Of a stretch of DNA of 35,310 nucleotides, positions 7,617 to 16,847 are shown piece after piece. This stretch comes from a virus (Duplodnaviria > Caudoviricetes): positions 1-35,310 of the IMG/VR virus record IMGVR_UViG_3300048550_000320; one strand, given 5' to 3'. The position numbers were made by a program, and so were the translations under genes. How positions within the stretch are numbered: the first letter of the stretch is position 1; every line of letters starts with the position of its first letter. The notes beneath the pieces are model-generated. The model saw nothing but the letters and a program-made list of their open reading frames with translations. It did no database searches and was not told the origin of the DNA.

Positions 7617-8719
7617 TGGCGATAACTAGAATAGGTAACCCAGCAATCGCAGATCAAAGAGGCGTTAATTTTAGGAATATAATAATTAATGGCGGAATGG
7701 ATTTAGCACAAAGAGGAACTTCCTTTACAGGGATTACAAGTGGAAGTAATTATTGTTTAGATAGATTTACAACTGTGCCTGTAACTGCTGGAACTTGGAC
7801 ACAAACACAATCAACTGATGTACCAACTGGTCAAGGCTTTGCAAATTCTGCAAAATTAGATTGCACTACTGCAAATGGTTCTTTAAGTGCTAATAGTTTG
7901 TTGTACTTTCAACAAAGAGTAGAAGGTCAAAATTTACAGTATTTAAAAAAAGGCACATCAAGTGCTGAAAGTGTTACAATGTCATTTTGGGTTAAATCAA
8001 ACAAGACAGGAACTTATATTGTAGAGTTATTTGATGGAGATAATACAAGACAAATATCAAAATCATATACTATCAATTCTGCTAATACTTGGGAAAAGAA
8101 AACTATTACTTATTCAGGTGATACAACAGGAGCATTTAATAATGATAATGCTTTAAGTTTATATTGTTTTTTTTGGTTAGCAGGTGGAACTGATTATACT
8201 TCAGGAACTTTATCAACAACTTGGACAGCAAACACAAATGCAAATAGAGCAGTAGGTCAAGTCAACCTTGCAGATAACACAGCTAACGAATGGTACATTA
8301 CAGGCGTACAATTAGAAGCTAAAGAAGTAGCATCTGATTTTGAGTTCTTGCCACATGATATGAATTTAGAAAGATGTTTAAGATATTACTATCTTGTTGC
8401 TGAAGGAGATCAACAAAGTATGGGAACGGGTCTTTACTATAGCAGTGCTTATCTTTTACAAGCAGCTTCCTATCCCGTTAGAATGAGAGCAACACCATCT
8501 TTACACCAAACGTCAGGTTCAGCATATTATGGACTTTTTAGAAGTGCTGCTGAAGATACTTTTAACGAATTTATTATAAATGTATCAGGTTCATTAAGGT
8601 CAAATGATAAATATTATGAAATATACAATGCCAGTAATGCTAGTGGAACTGCTGGACAAACAGGTTTTTTAAGAACTAGCAATGCAAGTGCTTTTATAGC
8701 ATTTGATGCGGAGTTATAA
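7616..8719 (+). CDS. Tail fibre/spike protein with carbohydrate-binding-like domain (position D, cassette 2)
   Basis: Highly similar to 3170..4186 up to RCLRY, then a divergent and longer tip; both end in AEL. Confidence 0.7.
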   Translation: MAITRIGNPAIADQRGVNFRNIIINGGMDLAQRGTSFTGITSGSNYCLDRFTTVPVTAGTWTQTQSTDVPTGQGFANSAKLDCTTANGSLSANSLLYFQQRVEGQNLQYLKKGTSSAESVTMSFWVKSNKTGTYIVELFDGDNTRQISKSYTINSANTWEKKTITYSGDTTGAFNNDNALSLYCFFWLAGGTDYTSGTLSTTWTANTNANRAVGQVNLADNTANEWYITGVQLEAKEVASDFEFLPHDMNLERCLRYYYLVAEGDQQSMGTGLYYSSAYLLQAASYPVRMRATPSLHQTSGSAYYGLFRSAAEDTFNEFIINVSGSLRSNDKYYEIYNASNASGTAGQTGFLRTSNASAFIAFDAEL

Positions 8720-8721
8720 TT

Positions 8722-8901
8722 ATGATTAATACAGTAACAAAAAACTATAATTTTGAAAACGAATTTTGCAGTTATCAAGTAACTTATGTAAATTCTAATA
8801 AAGTTAAATCTGTACCACTAGACGAAGCAAACACAGATTACCAAGCAATCCAAGAATGGGCCAAGATAGAAGGCAATAACATCACTGACAACGGAGCGTA
8901 G
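8722..8901 (+). CDS. 59-aa tail fibre chaperone-like protein (not in ORF track)
   Basis: MINTVTKNYNFENEFCSYQVTYVNSNKVKSVPLDEANTDYQAIQEWAKIEGNNITDNGA; paralog of 4189..4389. Confidence 0.7.
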   Translation: MINTVTKNYNFENEFCSYQVTYVNSNKVKSVPLDEANTDYQAIQEWAKIEGNNITDNGA

Positions 8902-8904
8902 ACC

Positions 8905-9348
8905 ATGCTCGGACTAACTACTTTATCTGGTGCTCCAATATCGACATCGTTCTTTAACCCTAATGTAATTGTTAATGTAACCGGTAATGCACTATCTATT
9001 AGTATTGGAACTTCTACAGCTACTACGAATGCTGACGCTTTTCCTACTGGTTCACAGGTAACTCTTGGGTCAGGAACAGTAACGATTACAGGAACAGCTG
9101 TTGTTAGTCCAACAGGTTCACAAGTATCATTAGGTCTTGGAACTGTTATAATTTCAGCAGATGCTAACACATCTGTTACTGGAAATTCATTGACCTTATC
9201 AACAGGAAGTGTTACAGTAACAGGTACTGCGAATGTACTTCCGACAGGTTCTAGTTTAACTGTAAATAGTGGAGAACCGGGAGTTATTACGTGGAATGAT
9301 ATAATACCGGGAGCAACAATGGTTTGGAAACCAATAAAACCTTATTAA
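8905..9348 (+). CDS. Virion fibre-like protein with 22-aa tandem repeats
   Basis: Repeats VTGNALSISIGTSTATTNADAF / PTGSQVTLGSGTVTITGTAVVS / PTGSQVSLGLGTVIISADANTS / VTGNSLTLSTGSVTVTGTANVL / PTGSSLTVNSG. Confidence 0.6.
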   Translation: MLGLTTLSGAPISTSFFNPNVIVNVTGNALSISIGTSTATTNADAFPTGSQVTLGSGTVTITGTAVVSPTGSQVSLGLGTVIISADANTSVTGNSLTLSTGSVTVTGTANVLPTGSSLTVNSGEPGVITWNDIIPGATMVWKPIKPY

Positions 9349-9349
9349 T

Positions 9350-10117
9350 ATGGCATCAAATTATTCAACAGATTTATCATTAGAACTAGTCACCACCGGT
9401 GAAAAAGCTGGTCTATGGGGCACAATTACTAATACTAATTTACAATTATTACAAACCGCAGCGTCAGGATATGTAGAAGTATCTTTAAGTTCTGGCACAA
9501 CTACATTAAGTTTGGCCGACGGATCGGCGACCGCGAATGGTAAGAATATATACATTAAACTTACGGGAACTTTATCTGGTAATGCTAGTTTAGCAATGCC
9601 TGCTTCTACAACAGGTGGAAATGCAAACAGAGTATTTTTTGTAGAAGATGGAACTACTAGAGGTTTAGCTTCAGATAGTTTTACAGTAACACTATTAACA
9701 ACTGGTCAAGCTGGAGCTACTCAAGTACCTCTTCCAGAAGGTGCAACAGTTTTAGTTTATTCTAGAGGTATTGTTCCAGCTACTACATTAGGTATGATGC
9801 AAAAAGGGATAACTTCAGTTACTGCAGCAAGTAAAACTACTTATACAGCAGTCGCTGGTGATCAAATTGTAGTAGATACAGTTGCTAACCCAGTAACAAT
9901 TACATTACCAAGTTCACCTGCAGTCGGTGATGAAGTAACAATTATGGATGGTTCGGCGTCAAATGGTTTTGCAACAAACAATTGTACTATTGATAGAAAT
10001 GGTTCTAATATAGAAGGAGCTGCTTCTAATGATACTCTTGCTACTAATAATCAAAGTGTAACTCTAATCTATGTTAATTCCACAAAAGGGTGGTTATATA
10101 AATCAACCAATCAATAG
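9350..10117 (+). CDS. Tail fibre/baseplate-like structural protein
   Basis: N-terminal GEKAGLWGTITNTNL fibre-attachment-type motif; C-terminal TAVAGDQIVVDT..PVTITLPSSPAVGDEVTIMD...IDRNGSNIEG...LIYVNSTKGW resembles a T4 gp9/gp10-type domain. Confidence 0.55.
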   Translation: MASNYSTDLSLELVTTGEKAGLWGTITNTNLQLLQTAASGYVEVSLSSGTTTLSLADGSATANGKNIYIKLTGTLSGNASLAMPASTTGGNANRVFFVEDGTTRGLASDSFTVTLLTTGQAGATQVPLPEGATVLVYSRGIVPATTLGMMQKGITSVTAASKTTYTAVAGDQIVVDTVANPVTITLPSSPAVGDEVTIMDGSASNGFATNNCTIDRNGSNIEGAASNDTLATNNQSVTLIYVNSTKGWLYKSTNQ

Positions 10118-10126
10118 GGGTAATTA

Positions 10127-12325
10127 ATGCTTACTAAAATTAAGTTTGCTCCAGGAATAGACAAACAAGATACCGCTGTTGGAGCAGAAGGTCGTTGGGT
10201 TGATTCAGATAATGTTAGATTTAGATATGGTCTTCCAGAAAAAGTAGGAGGCTGGCAGTCTCTACTTAATGATTCTATTGTAGGTGTTGCTAGAAAACAA
10301 CATGCATTTGTTGATAAAGAAGGAAATAGATACGTTGCAATAGGTACTGATAAATTTTTACTTATATATTTTGAAGGAAAACTTCATGATATTACTCCAA
10401 TTAAATCTGCAATATCAAGTGTTGTAATGTCTTCTTTAAGTGGATCACAAGAAGTTACATTAACTTTTTCAGCTGACCATGATTTAGAGTCAGGTGATAT
10501 TATTTTATTAGATAGTGTAAACGTTCCTAGTGGTGTAAATTTAACTAACGCTGCTTTTGAAGATAAACTATTTCAAGTTACAAAAGTAAGCTCTGCTAAA
10601 ATTGTAGTTGTAACTGGAACAGAAACTGCAGACGGAGCAGGTAACGGATCTTGTAGTGTTATACCTTATGAAAAAGTTGGTCCTGCTGCACAATCTTATG
10701 GTTATGGTTTCGGTATTGGTCAATATGGTGGAACTGTATCAGGTACACAATTAACAACTTTAAACGGTGCTTTACTTGCAGACACTGCAGGTACCGGTGG
10801 ATTGGGGACTACAATTAATGTTGTATCAAATGCAGGGTTTCCAACAGCAGGAACTATATTAGTAGGAGATGAATTAATTAGTTATACTGGTAAAGGTACA
10901 AATACTTTAACAGGTATTACTAGAGGAGCTTTTGGAACCGCAACTACTGGAACTTCAAATGGTCAAGCTCATTCAAATGGTGACTTGGTTACAGATGCTT
11001 CAAACTTTTCTGGTTATGGTGATGCAGTAGATGCAGGAACTATTACTCTTGAACCAGGACTTTGGTCTTTAAGTAATTTTGGAGATGTGTTGGTTGCGAC
11101 TATTGCAAATAGTAAAACTTTTACATGGAACTCTGATATTACCGCAAGATTAAGTACACGCGCTTCAACAACTACATCTGGTTTTTCTACAACAAATAAT
11201 CCAACAGCAACAAGAACAACTTTAATTTCACCAACAACTAGACACTTAATTCATTTAGGTACAGAAACTACAATTGGGAATGCATCCACTCAAGATGATA
11301 TGTTTATAAGATTTTCCGAAGATGAAAATATTAATGGCTACACGCCTCAAGCAACTAACACAGCAGGTACTCAAAGAATACAAGATGGTACAAAAATCAT
11401 GGGAGCTTTAGTTGCAAAAGAAAATATTTTAATCTGGACTGATAACGCACTGTATACAATGAAATTTGTAGGTGCACCTTTTACTTTTGGTTTTGAGCAA
11501 GTTGGTACTAACTGTGGATTAATAGGTAAAAATGCAGCAATTGAAATTGATGGTGTTGCTTATTGGATGGGTAATAATGGTTTTTTCTCTTTTGACGGTA
11601 CAGTTAATACTTTGCCTTGTAGTGTTGAAGACTACATTTATGATGATATTGACACGACTAAAGGACAACAAATAAATGCTGGTATTAATAATTTGTTTAC
11701 CGAAGTTGTTTGGTGGTACCCAACACAAGGATCTGATTTTAATAATAGATATGTAGTTTATAATTATGGACAAAATAATGCACGATTACCTATGGGTAAT
11801 TGGTATACAGGAACCAATACTAATTCTATTAGAACTACTTGGGTTGATTCATTAGTATATCCAAAACCTTATGCTACTGCATATAATAGTTCCAATGATG
11901 GAAGTTTTCCTGAAGTTATAGGTCAAGATGGTTTAGGACAAAGTGTATTTTTTGAACACGAAACGGGGACTGATCAAGTTAATCCAGATGGTAGTGTAAC
12001 TACTTTAACTTCTTTTATTCAATCATTTAGTTTTTCTCTACAGCCAGATCAAACAGAAGTTTTTTTAGCTATGAGAAGATTTTTACCCAACTTTAAAGTA
12101 TTAACAGGTAATAACCAAATTACTCTATCTATTAAAGACTATCCTTCTCAAGATGATATTCAAACTTCATTAAGTCCCTTTACAATTGACTCATCAACTT
12201 TAAAAGTTGACACTAGAGCAAGAGGTAGATATGCAAATATAAAAATAGAAAATATTAATGTAGGTGAGTCTTGGAGATTTGGTACATTTCAAGTTGATAT
12301 ACAACCAGATGGAAGGAGAGGTTAA
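10127..12325 (+). CDS. Podovirus tail hub/nozzle (P22 gp10 / T7 gp12-like stabilisation protein)
   Basis: 732 aa; WVDSDNVRF N-terminus; propeller-like repeats (IRFSEDE, ILIWTDNALYTM, GCGLIG-like NCGLIG, AYWMGNNGFFSFDG, EVVWWYP, YVVYNY); TRARGR...DGRRG end; located upstream of ejection genes. Confidence 0.6.
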   Translation: MLTKIKFAPGIDKQDTAVGAEGRWVDSDNVRFRYGLPEKVGGWQSLLNDSIVGVARKQHAFVDKEGNRYVAIGTDKFLLIYFEGKLHDITPIKSAISSVVMSSLSGSQEVTLTFSADHDLESGDIILLDSVNVPSGVNLTNAAFEDKLFQVTKVSSAKIVVVTGTETADGAGNGSCSVIPYEKVGPAAQSYGYGFGIGQYGGTVSGTQLTTLNGALLADTAGTGGLGTTINVVSNAGFPTAGTILVGDELISYTGKGTNTLTGITRGAFGTATTGTSNGQAHSNGDLVTDASNFSGYGDAVDAGTITLEPGLWSLSNFGDVLVATIANSKTFTWNSDITARLSTRASTTTSGFSTTNNPTATRTTLISPTTRHLIHLGTETTIGNASTQDDMFIRFSEDENINGYTPQATNTAGTQRIQDGTKIMGALVAKENILIWTDNALYTMKFVGAPFTFGFEQVGTNCGLIGKNAAIEIDGVAYWMGNNGFFSFDGTVNTLPCSVEDYIYDDIDTTKGQQINAGINNLFTEVVWWYPTQGSDFNNRYVVYNYGQNNARLPMGNWYTGTNTNSIRTTWVDSLVYPKPYATAYNSSNDGSFPEVIGQDGLGQSVFFEHETGTDQVNPDGSVTTLTSFIQSFSFSLQPDQTEVFLAMRRFLPNFKVLTGNNQITLSIKDYPSQDDIQTSLSPFTIDSSTLKVDTRARGRYANIKIENINVGESWRFGTFQVDIQPDGRRG

Positions 12326-12492
12326 TGACAAAAATATCAGTAAGATTACCAGAACCTAAAAAAGAATATACAGAAGATAACCAAAGACAAATTAACAGAG
12401 CGCTAACTAATATTATTGAACAGTTAAACTCTACATACTTAACACAATTAAAAGAGGATCAAGAACGATATACTTGGTTAGGATTAGGTTAA
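12325..12492 (+). CDS. 55-aa virion-associated protein (not in ORF track)
   Basis: TAATG coupling at both ends; MTKISVRLPEPKKEYTEDNQRQINRALTNIIEQLNSTYLTQLKEDQERYTWLGLG. Confidence 0.7.
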   Translation: MTKISVRLPEPKKEYTEDNQRQINRALTNIIEQLNSTYLTQLKEDQERYTWLGLG

Positions 12493-12836
12493 TGGCAAAT
12501 ATATATAAAAACGAAAAAAAAGATTTAACAACTAATACAGTTACAACTTTATATAGTGTACCATCAAACTCTAGAGCTATTATAAAATCTATTTTAGTTT
12601 GTGATGACACTAATAATGGGAGTTCTATAACAGTCACTTTATTTCCTGGGGCACCTTCCGCAGGAAATGGAATTGTTATATTTAAAAGTGCTGCAGTTGC
12701 AGGTAATGCCACGGTACAATTATTAACCGAACCTTTAATTATGCAAGAAAGTGAAACATTAGAAGTAGTCGCTGCAGATGCAAATAGATTGCATATTGTA
12801 GCATCAATATTAGAAATCAACAGAGAGGATAGATAA
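12492..12836 (+). CDS. Small all-beta virion protein, paralog of 717..1055
   Basis: Start reassigned to ATG 12492 (MANIYKN) by TAATG coupling; same sequence pattern as 717 ORF. Confidence 0.6.
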   Translation: MANIYKNEKKDLTTNTVTTLYSVPSNSRAIIKSILVCDDTNNGSSITVTLFPGAPSAGNGIVIFKSAAVAGNATVQLLTEPLIMQESETLEVVAADANRLHIVASILEINREDR

Positions 12837-13087
12837 TGCCGTTTATAGAGACAGAAGCTTCCGTTAGATATGAAATAATTAATGGTAAAAGGGTACCAAT
12901 AATTACACCTAAATGTGAAGTAACATTAACTAACACAGAAACAGGTAAAGAATACATGTCTGATGCAGAGGCTTTAGCAGATGTACAAGATGTTAATACA
13001 GATACAAAAGCAGAGCATATACGAAGAGATGTAAATGTTACTGTAGAAGAGATAAATATAGGTGCTGGTTTAAATATCAGCGATTGA
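12836..13087 (+). CDS. Hypothetical protein
   Basis: TAATG coupling, GAGG RBS, typical codon usage. Confidence 0.6.
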   Translation: MPFIETEASVRYEIINGKRVPIITPKCEVTLTNTETGKEYMSDAEALADVQDVNTDTKAEHIRRDVNVTVEEINIGAGLNISD

Positions 13088-13112
13088 CGAATGAATAAAA
13101 ACCTTGTAAATT
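13084..13112 (+). promoter_or_regulatory. Sigma70-like promoter upstream of ejection-protein operon
   Basis: TTGACG-17 nt-TAAATT in one of the few intergenic gaps. Confidence 0.5.
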
Positions 13113-13177
13113 GTGATATACTCGCCTATTTACAAGCTTTGCGAACTTGCAGTCAACAAGCATTATAAAGAAAAACT

Positions 13178-14905
13178 ATGGGATTTTTAAAAAGAATAAC
13201 TAGACCTATTTCAAGAGCACTAGATAAACTAGTACCTAATGAAATCAAACCTGCATTACCATTTTTAGCTGCAGCCGCACCTTTTATGGCTCCAGGTATT
13301 ATGGGTGCATTTGGTAATAGTATGTTGTCTAGAGGATTAATATCTGGTGGTTTAAACCTTGGATCTCAATTAGCTCAAGAAGGAAGTGAAGGAGACTTTA
13401 GTGGATTATCATTAGCTATGGCTTCTGGTATTGGTGCATTGTCTGCACCGGGAACATCTTCTACTATAGGGCCTGCAGGTCCTCCGGGATCAGAATTAAT
13501 AACTACGCCGGGTCAACCAAGTGCCGCACAATTTTTTGAAACCAAGGGAGCTAGTATGCAACCTGGATTTGCTAAAAGTGGTTTAGGTGCATTAGAAGGT
13601 ACTTCAAATTATTTAGCAGGTGTTGGTGATACTTTACAAAACAATTTATTTAGTAAAGAAGGATTAAAAGCAGCAATGTTACCAGTGGGTCAAGGTATAA
13701 CAGATTTAGCTATAGCTCAAAATAGAAGAGACATAAAAGATTATGAAAGAGATATGGCTGATTATGAAGAAAGTATGGGCGATGATTCTGATAATGCAAA
13801 TAGAGCATTTGCTATTAGACAATCTATGGAGGCTTATGGATTTAGTGAACAAGAAATTTTAGATGCAATTTCAGCAGCAGGATATAGAGCTGGTGGTAGA
13901 GTAGGATTAAGAAAAGGAGGCACTTCAGAAGTCGCTGGAATTGAAGCAGCACTTACTTTAGGTGATGACGTAACAACTTATTCCAATAGACCAACAAAAG
14001 AAGTAAACGAACTAGACGAAAAAGGAATTTTAAAAAAAACAGGTGACTATCTTTTTGATAGAGGCCCTTTTGGTTATACAACAAAATCAATTGGTGCAGC
14101 TTTTGAAGAAATGCCTGAAGGATCAAAATTTGGAGATAGAAGATTTTTAATATACAATGCATTACTTTCACCAGCAATAGATGCTCTTGCAGGTTTAGGT
14201 TTTGGAATAGATATAGCAACAGATATTATTGGATCAGCAGTAAGTGGTGGAGCTGAAACTGTAAGTGATATCGTAAAATTTGCATCTCGTGCCATGCCAG
14301 GAGATCAAACAGCAGAACGAGAAGCGAAAAGAAAACAGCCAGTTACAGATATGTTAGCAGCATTAGAAGCAGAAAAAAAATCTAAAGGTGGTAGAGTAGG
14401 ATTTGAATTTGGTGGTATAACAGATGCAGTAGAAGCTGTAGAAGAAACACCGAAAGAATTTTTAGTAGATAAATTAAAAGTAACAGTACAACCAGGTCAA
14501 TCCGAAGAGATGGGTATTTTAAATGCAATGTTTAATGATACAGATGGTGTAATGTCTGATGATAGAAAAATGGAATTTTATAAATTATATTTACCTCAAT
14601 TATATGAAAGAGGCGAAATAACAAAAGAACAATATGAAGGTATGAAACAAGATATATTTGATGAAGATATACCTAAAATGGCCGAAGGTGGTTTAATGAA
14701 TTTAGGTGGAAGAGAAATGGATATGAGAGGTGGAGGATTCATACCTATTGGTAAAAAAGAAAGAGCAGACGACGTTCCTGCAAGATTATCAAAGAATGAA
14801 TTTGTAATGACTGCAGATGCTGTGAGAGCAGCAGGTGGTGGAAGTGTAAGTGAAGGAGCAAAACGAATGTATGAAACAATGAATAGATTAGAGGCAAAAG
14901 TATAA
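13178..14905 (+). CDS. Putative internal virion/DNA ejection protein with GG-motif repeats
   Basis: Amphipathic, Gly/Ala-rich N-terminus; two GGRVG motifs; C-terminal GGGFIPIG..RADDVPARLSKNEFVMTADAVR motif. Confidence 0.55.
   Translation: MGFLKRITRPISRALDKLVPNEIKPALPFLAAAAPFMAPGIMGAFGNSMLSRGLISGGLNLGSQLAQEGSEGDFSGLSLAMASGIGALSAPGTSSTIGPAGPPGSELITTPGQPSAAQFFETKGASMQPGFAKSGLGALEGTSNYLAGVGDTLQNNLFSKEGLKAAMLPVGQGITDLAIAQNRRDIKDYERDMADYEESMGDDSDNANRAFAIRQSMEAYGFSEQEILDAISAAGYRAGGRVGLRKGGTSEVAGIEAALTLGDDVTTYSNRPTKEVNELDEKGILKKTGDYLFDRGPFGYTTKSIGAAFEEMPEGSKFGDRRFLIYNALLSPAIDALAGLGFGIDIATDIIGSAVSGGAETVSDIVKFASRAMPGDQTAEREAKRKQPVTDMLAALEAEKKSKGGRVGFEFGGITDAVEAVEETPKEFLVDKLKVTVQPGQSEEMGILNAMFNDTDGVMSDDRKMEFYKLYLPQLYERGEITKEQYEGMKQDIFDEDIPKMAEGGLMNLGGREMDMRGGGFIPIGKKERADDVPARLSKNEFVMTADAVRAAGGGSVSEGAKRMYETMNRLEAKV
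13892..13908 (+). repeat. 17-nt direct repeat GGTGGTAGAGTAGGATT (13892-13908, 14387-14403; partial copy at 15762)
   Basis: Direct sequence comparison; copies are 495 nt apart, in frame. Confidence 0.85.
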
Positions 14906-15672
14906 TGGCTACAAACACAACAATAACAAGACCCGCACCAATTATAGAAGGTTCACTTACCGCCTTTTTAAAATCAATTGATAAACTAGGGGCAGGTGCA
15001 ATACCTGCTGGAGGTTTTAAAGGAATAGATCCGTCTAAATATGCACCAACGATTGCAGCAGAATCACAACTACAAAAAGATGCGAGAACCGCGGCCGGTG
15101 GATTAGGTTCACTTACAGGACCACAAGCTTATCAACAATTTATGTCACCTTATCAACAAGAGGTGATTGATACAACTTTATCAGAATTCGACAGACAACA
15201 ATCTATCGCAGATACCGCAAGACGTGATCAAGCTATTTCAGCTGGTGCTTATGGTGGTGGACGTGAAGGTGTACTTGCAGCAGAAGCGGCAAGAGGTAGT
15301 CAAATGAATAGAGCAAACTTACAAGCTAATTTATTAGCACAAGGATTTCAACAAGCACAACAAGCAGCATCTCAAGATTTAGCTAATCAACAAGGACTTG
15401 GACAATACCAACAATCGCTTGGTCAAGCAGGTCAAGCACAACAACAAGCTATAATAGATGCGGCAGCCGCAGGCGAAAGAGAACAACAGTTCCAACCATT
15501 CACACAACTAGGATTGATTGGTCAACAACTAGCACAAATTCAACCAGGCGCATTCCCTACACAAACAGTAGGTTATGCACCACCAGCAGCTCCAGCTAGT
15601 CCATTAGCAACGGCTCTCGGTGTTGGAACAGGTGTTGCTAGTATCGGTTCTAAATTAGGATTATTTGGATAA
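14905..15672 (+). CDS. Putative DNA pilot/ejection protein
   Basis: Q/A-rich coiled coil (FMSPYQQEVID...AGAYGGGR), Gly-rich hydrophobic C-terminus; TAATG coupling. Confidence 0.55.
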   Translation: MATNTTITRPAPIIEGSLTAFLKSIDKLGAGAIPAGGFKGIDPSKYAPTIAAESQLQKDARTAAGGLGSLTGPQAYQQFMSPYQQEVIDTTLSEFDRQQSIADTARRDQAISAGAYGGGREGVLAAEAARGSQMNRANLQANLLAQGFQQAQQAASQDLANQQGLGQYQQSLGQAGQAQQQAIIDAAAAGEREQQFQPFTQLGLIGQQLAQIQPGAFPTQTVGYAPPAAPASPLATALGVGTGVASIGSKLGLFG

Positions 15673-16835
15673 TGAGTAGAATTTTAAGACGACCTATGTT
15701 TAGAGGTGGCCCAGTCGATAGTCGCGGATCGGGGATAACTGCTAATCTTGGATATAACAATGGTGGTAGAGTTGGTTATAACAGAGGTATGTTAGTTCAA
15801 CCTCCAGGGGCTAGTGGTTTGTTTAACATTCAAGATGTTTTAAAACAAACAGGTGCACCTATGACGGGCAAACAAATATTTGATTATGCAGCAGAAAAAG
15901 GAATGAATTTAGGAAATAGAAATCTTAATTTAAAAAGTAAATATATTCCAGAAACTGTTGAAGTGGAATCAGGTGAAGATATAATTGAAAGACCTTTTAG
16001 TGAAATACTAATGAGTGAGGGTTTCCAAACTTACAAAGATCCAAACGAAGAATATTTAGGTAAAGGGGATACTCAAGGAGAGATTGGTGATACTAATTTA
16101 GGAGAAGGTAGAACTTTTAGTGAAGATTTTGGAACTACTGAACAAATTAAAAAGAATTTAGAAAAGAAAATTGATGACACAACTAAAGTAGAAGAAGTTT
16201 CATTTAGCGCAGATGCAGATGGTGATGTAACAACAGTAGATGAAAATGATTTAGATTCATTAATAGATAGATATTACAAACAATTAGGTGGTGATAAAGC
16301 TGCAAGAAGATATGGTGAAGATGTTTTATCTACAGTTTCTGCTTCATTACTAGAAGGTAAGGGATTTAAAGGTGCATTAGCAGATGCAGTAAAAGTTAGA
16401 AGTGATGCTCCTAAAATTAAACAAGCTGCAGCTATGCTTGGTATTAAAGGTGAGCAAGCTCAAAAACTTTATAATACTAAATTAAAAAATCAAAGTGGAC
16501 AATTACAAAAATCAGTAGAATATATTAAATCTATTAATCCAGAAATGAGTAATAAAGAAGCTTTAGCAACTTATCAACGAAGACCTGCATCTCTTTCTGA
16601 AACAGTAGGTAAATATAAAAAACAAGATGGAGTTATTATGCCTTCGGGTATAACTTTAGCAGCGGGTGAGTGGTTCTCGGATGATTATAAAGGTGAATTA
16701 CCAACGGATGGTAATATTAAACAAGGAGACAAAGCTGTAGGAAAAGAGGATGGAGCATATACAGACAAAGCAAAAGGATTAATTTTTGTAATCGAAAAAG
16801 AAGTGGTTACAAACGTAAGTAAATTTGAAAATTAA
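15672..16835 (+). CDS. Putative internal virion/ejection protein
   Basis: MSRILRRPMFRGG...GITANLGYNNGGRVGY N-terminus; position between pilot and large ejection protein. Confidence 0.5.
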   Translation: MSRILRRPMFRGGPVDSRGSGITANLGYNNGGRVGYNRGMLVQPPGASGLFNIQDVLKQTGAPMTGKQIFDYAAEKGMNLGNRNLNLKSKYIPETVEVESGEDIIERPFSEILMSEGFQTYKDPNEEYLGKGDTQGEIGDTNLGEGRTFSEDFGTTEQIKKNLEKKIDDTTKVEEVSFSADADGDVTTVDENDLDSLIDRYYKQLGGDKAARRYGEDVLSTVSASLLEGKGFKGALADAVKVRSDAPKIKQAAAMLGIKGEQAQKLYNTKLKNQSGQLQKSVEYIKSINPEMSNKEALATYQRRPASLSETVGKYKKQDGVIMPSGITLAAGEWFSDDYKGELPTDGNIKQGDKAVGKEDGAYTDKAKGLIFVIEKEVVTNVSKFEN

Positions 16836-16847
16836 ACGGGGTAGCTA

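Noticed and set aside
1509-8901. Diversity-generating retroelement acting on the fibre genes
   Set aside because: No reverse transcriptase in the window, no ~100-nt template/variable repeat pair, and paralog differences are not adenine-specific.
1064-8901. Shufflon/invertible tail-fibre cassette
   Set aside because: All genes and repeats are in direct orientation, each gene has its own start, and no invertase is visible.
9515-9528. GC-rich mini-hairpin GCCGA-CGGA-TCGGC in coding sequence (similar islets near 21950-22020, 23385-23425, 30617-30650)
   Set aside because: Stems are only 5-7 bp and lie in Gly/Ala/Arg codons; cannot be distinguished from chance without alignments.
13143-13157. Alphaproteobacterial LexA box-like GAAC-N7-CAAC
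   Set aside because: One mismatch in an 8-nt consensus and a single occurrence; expected by chance.
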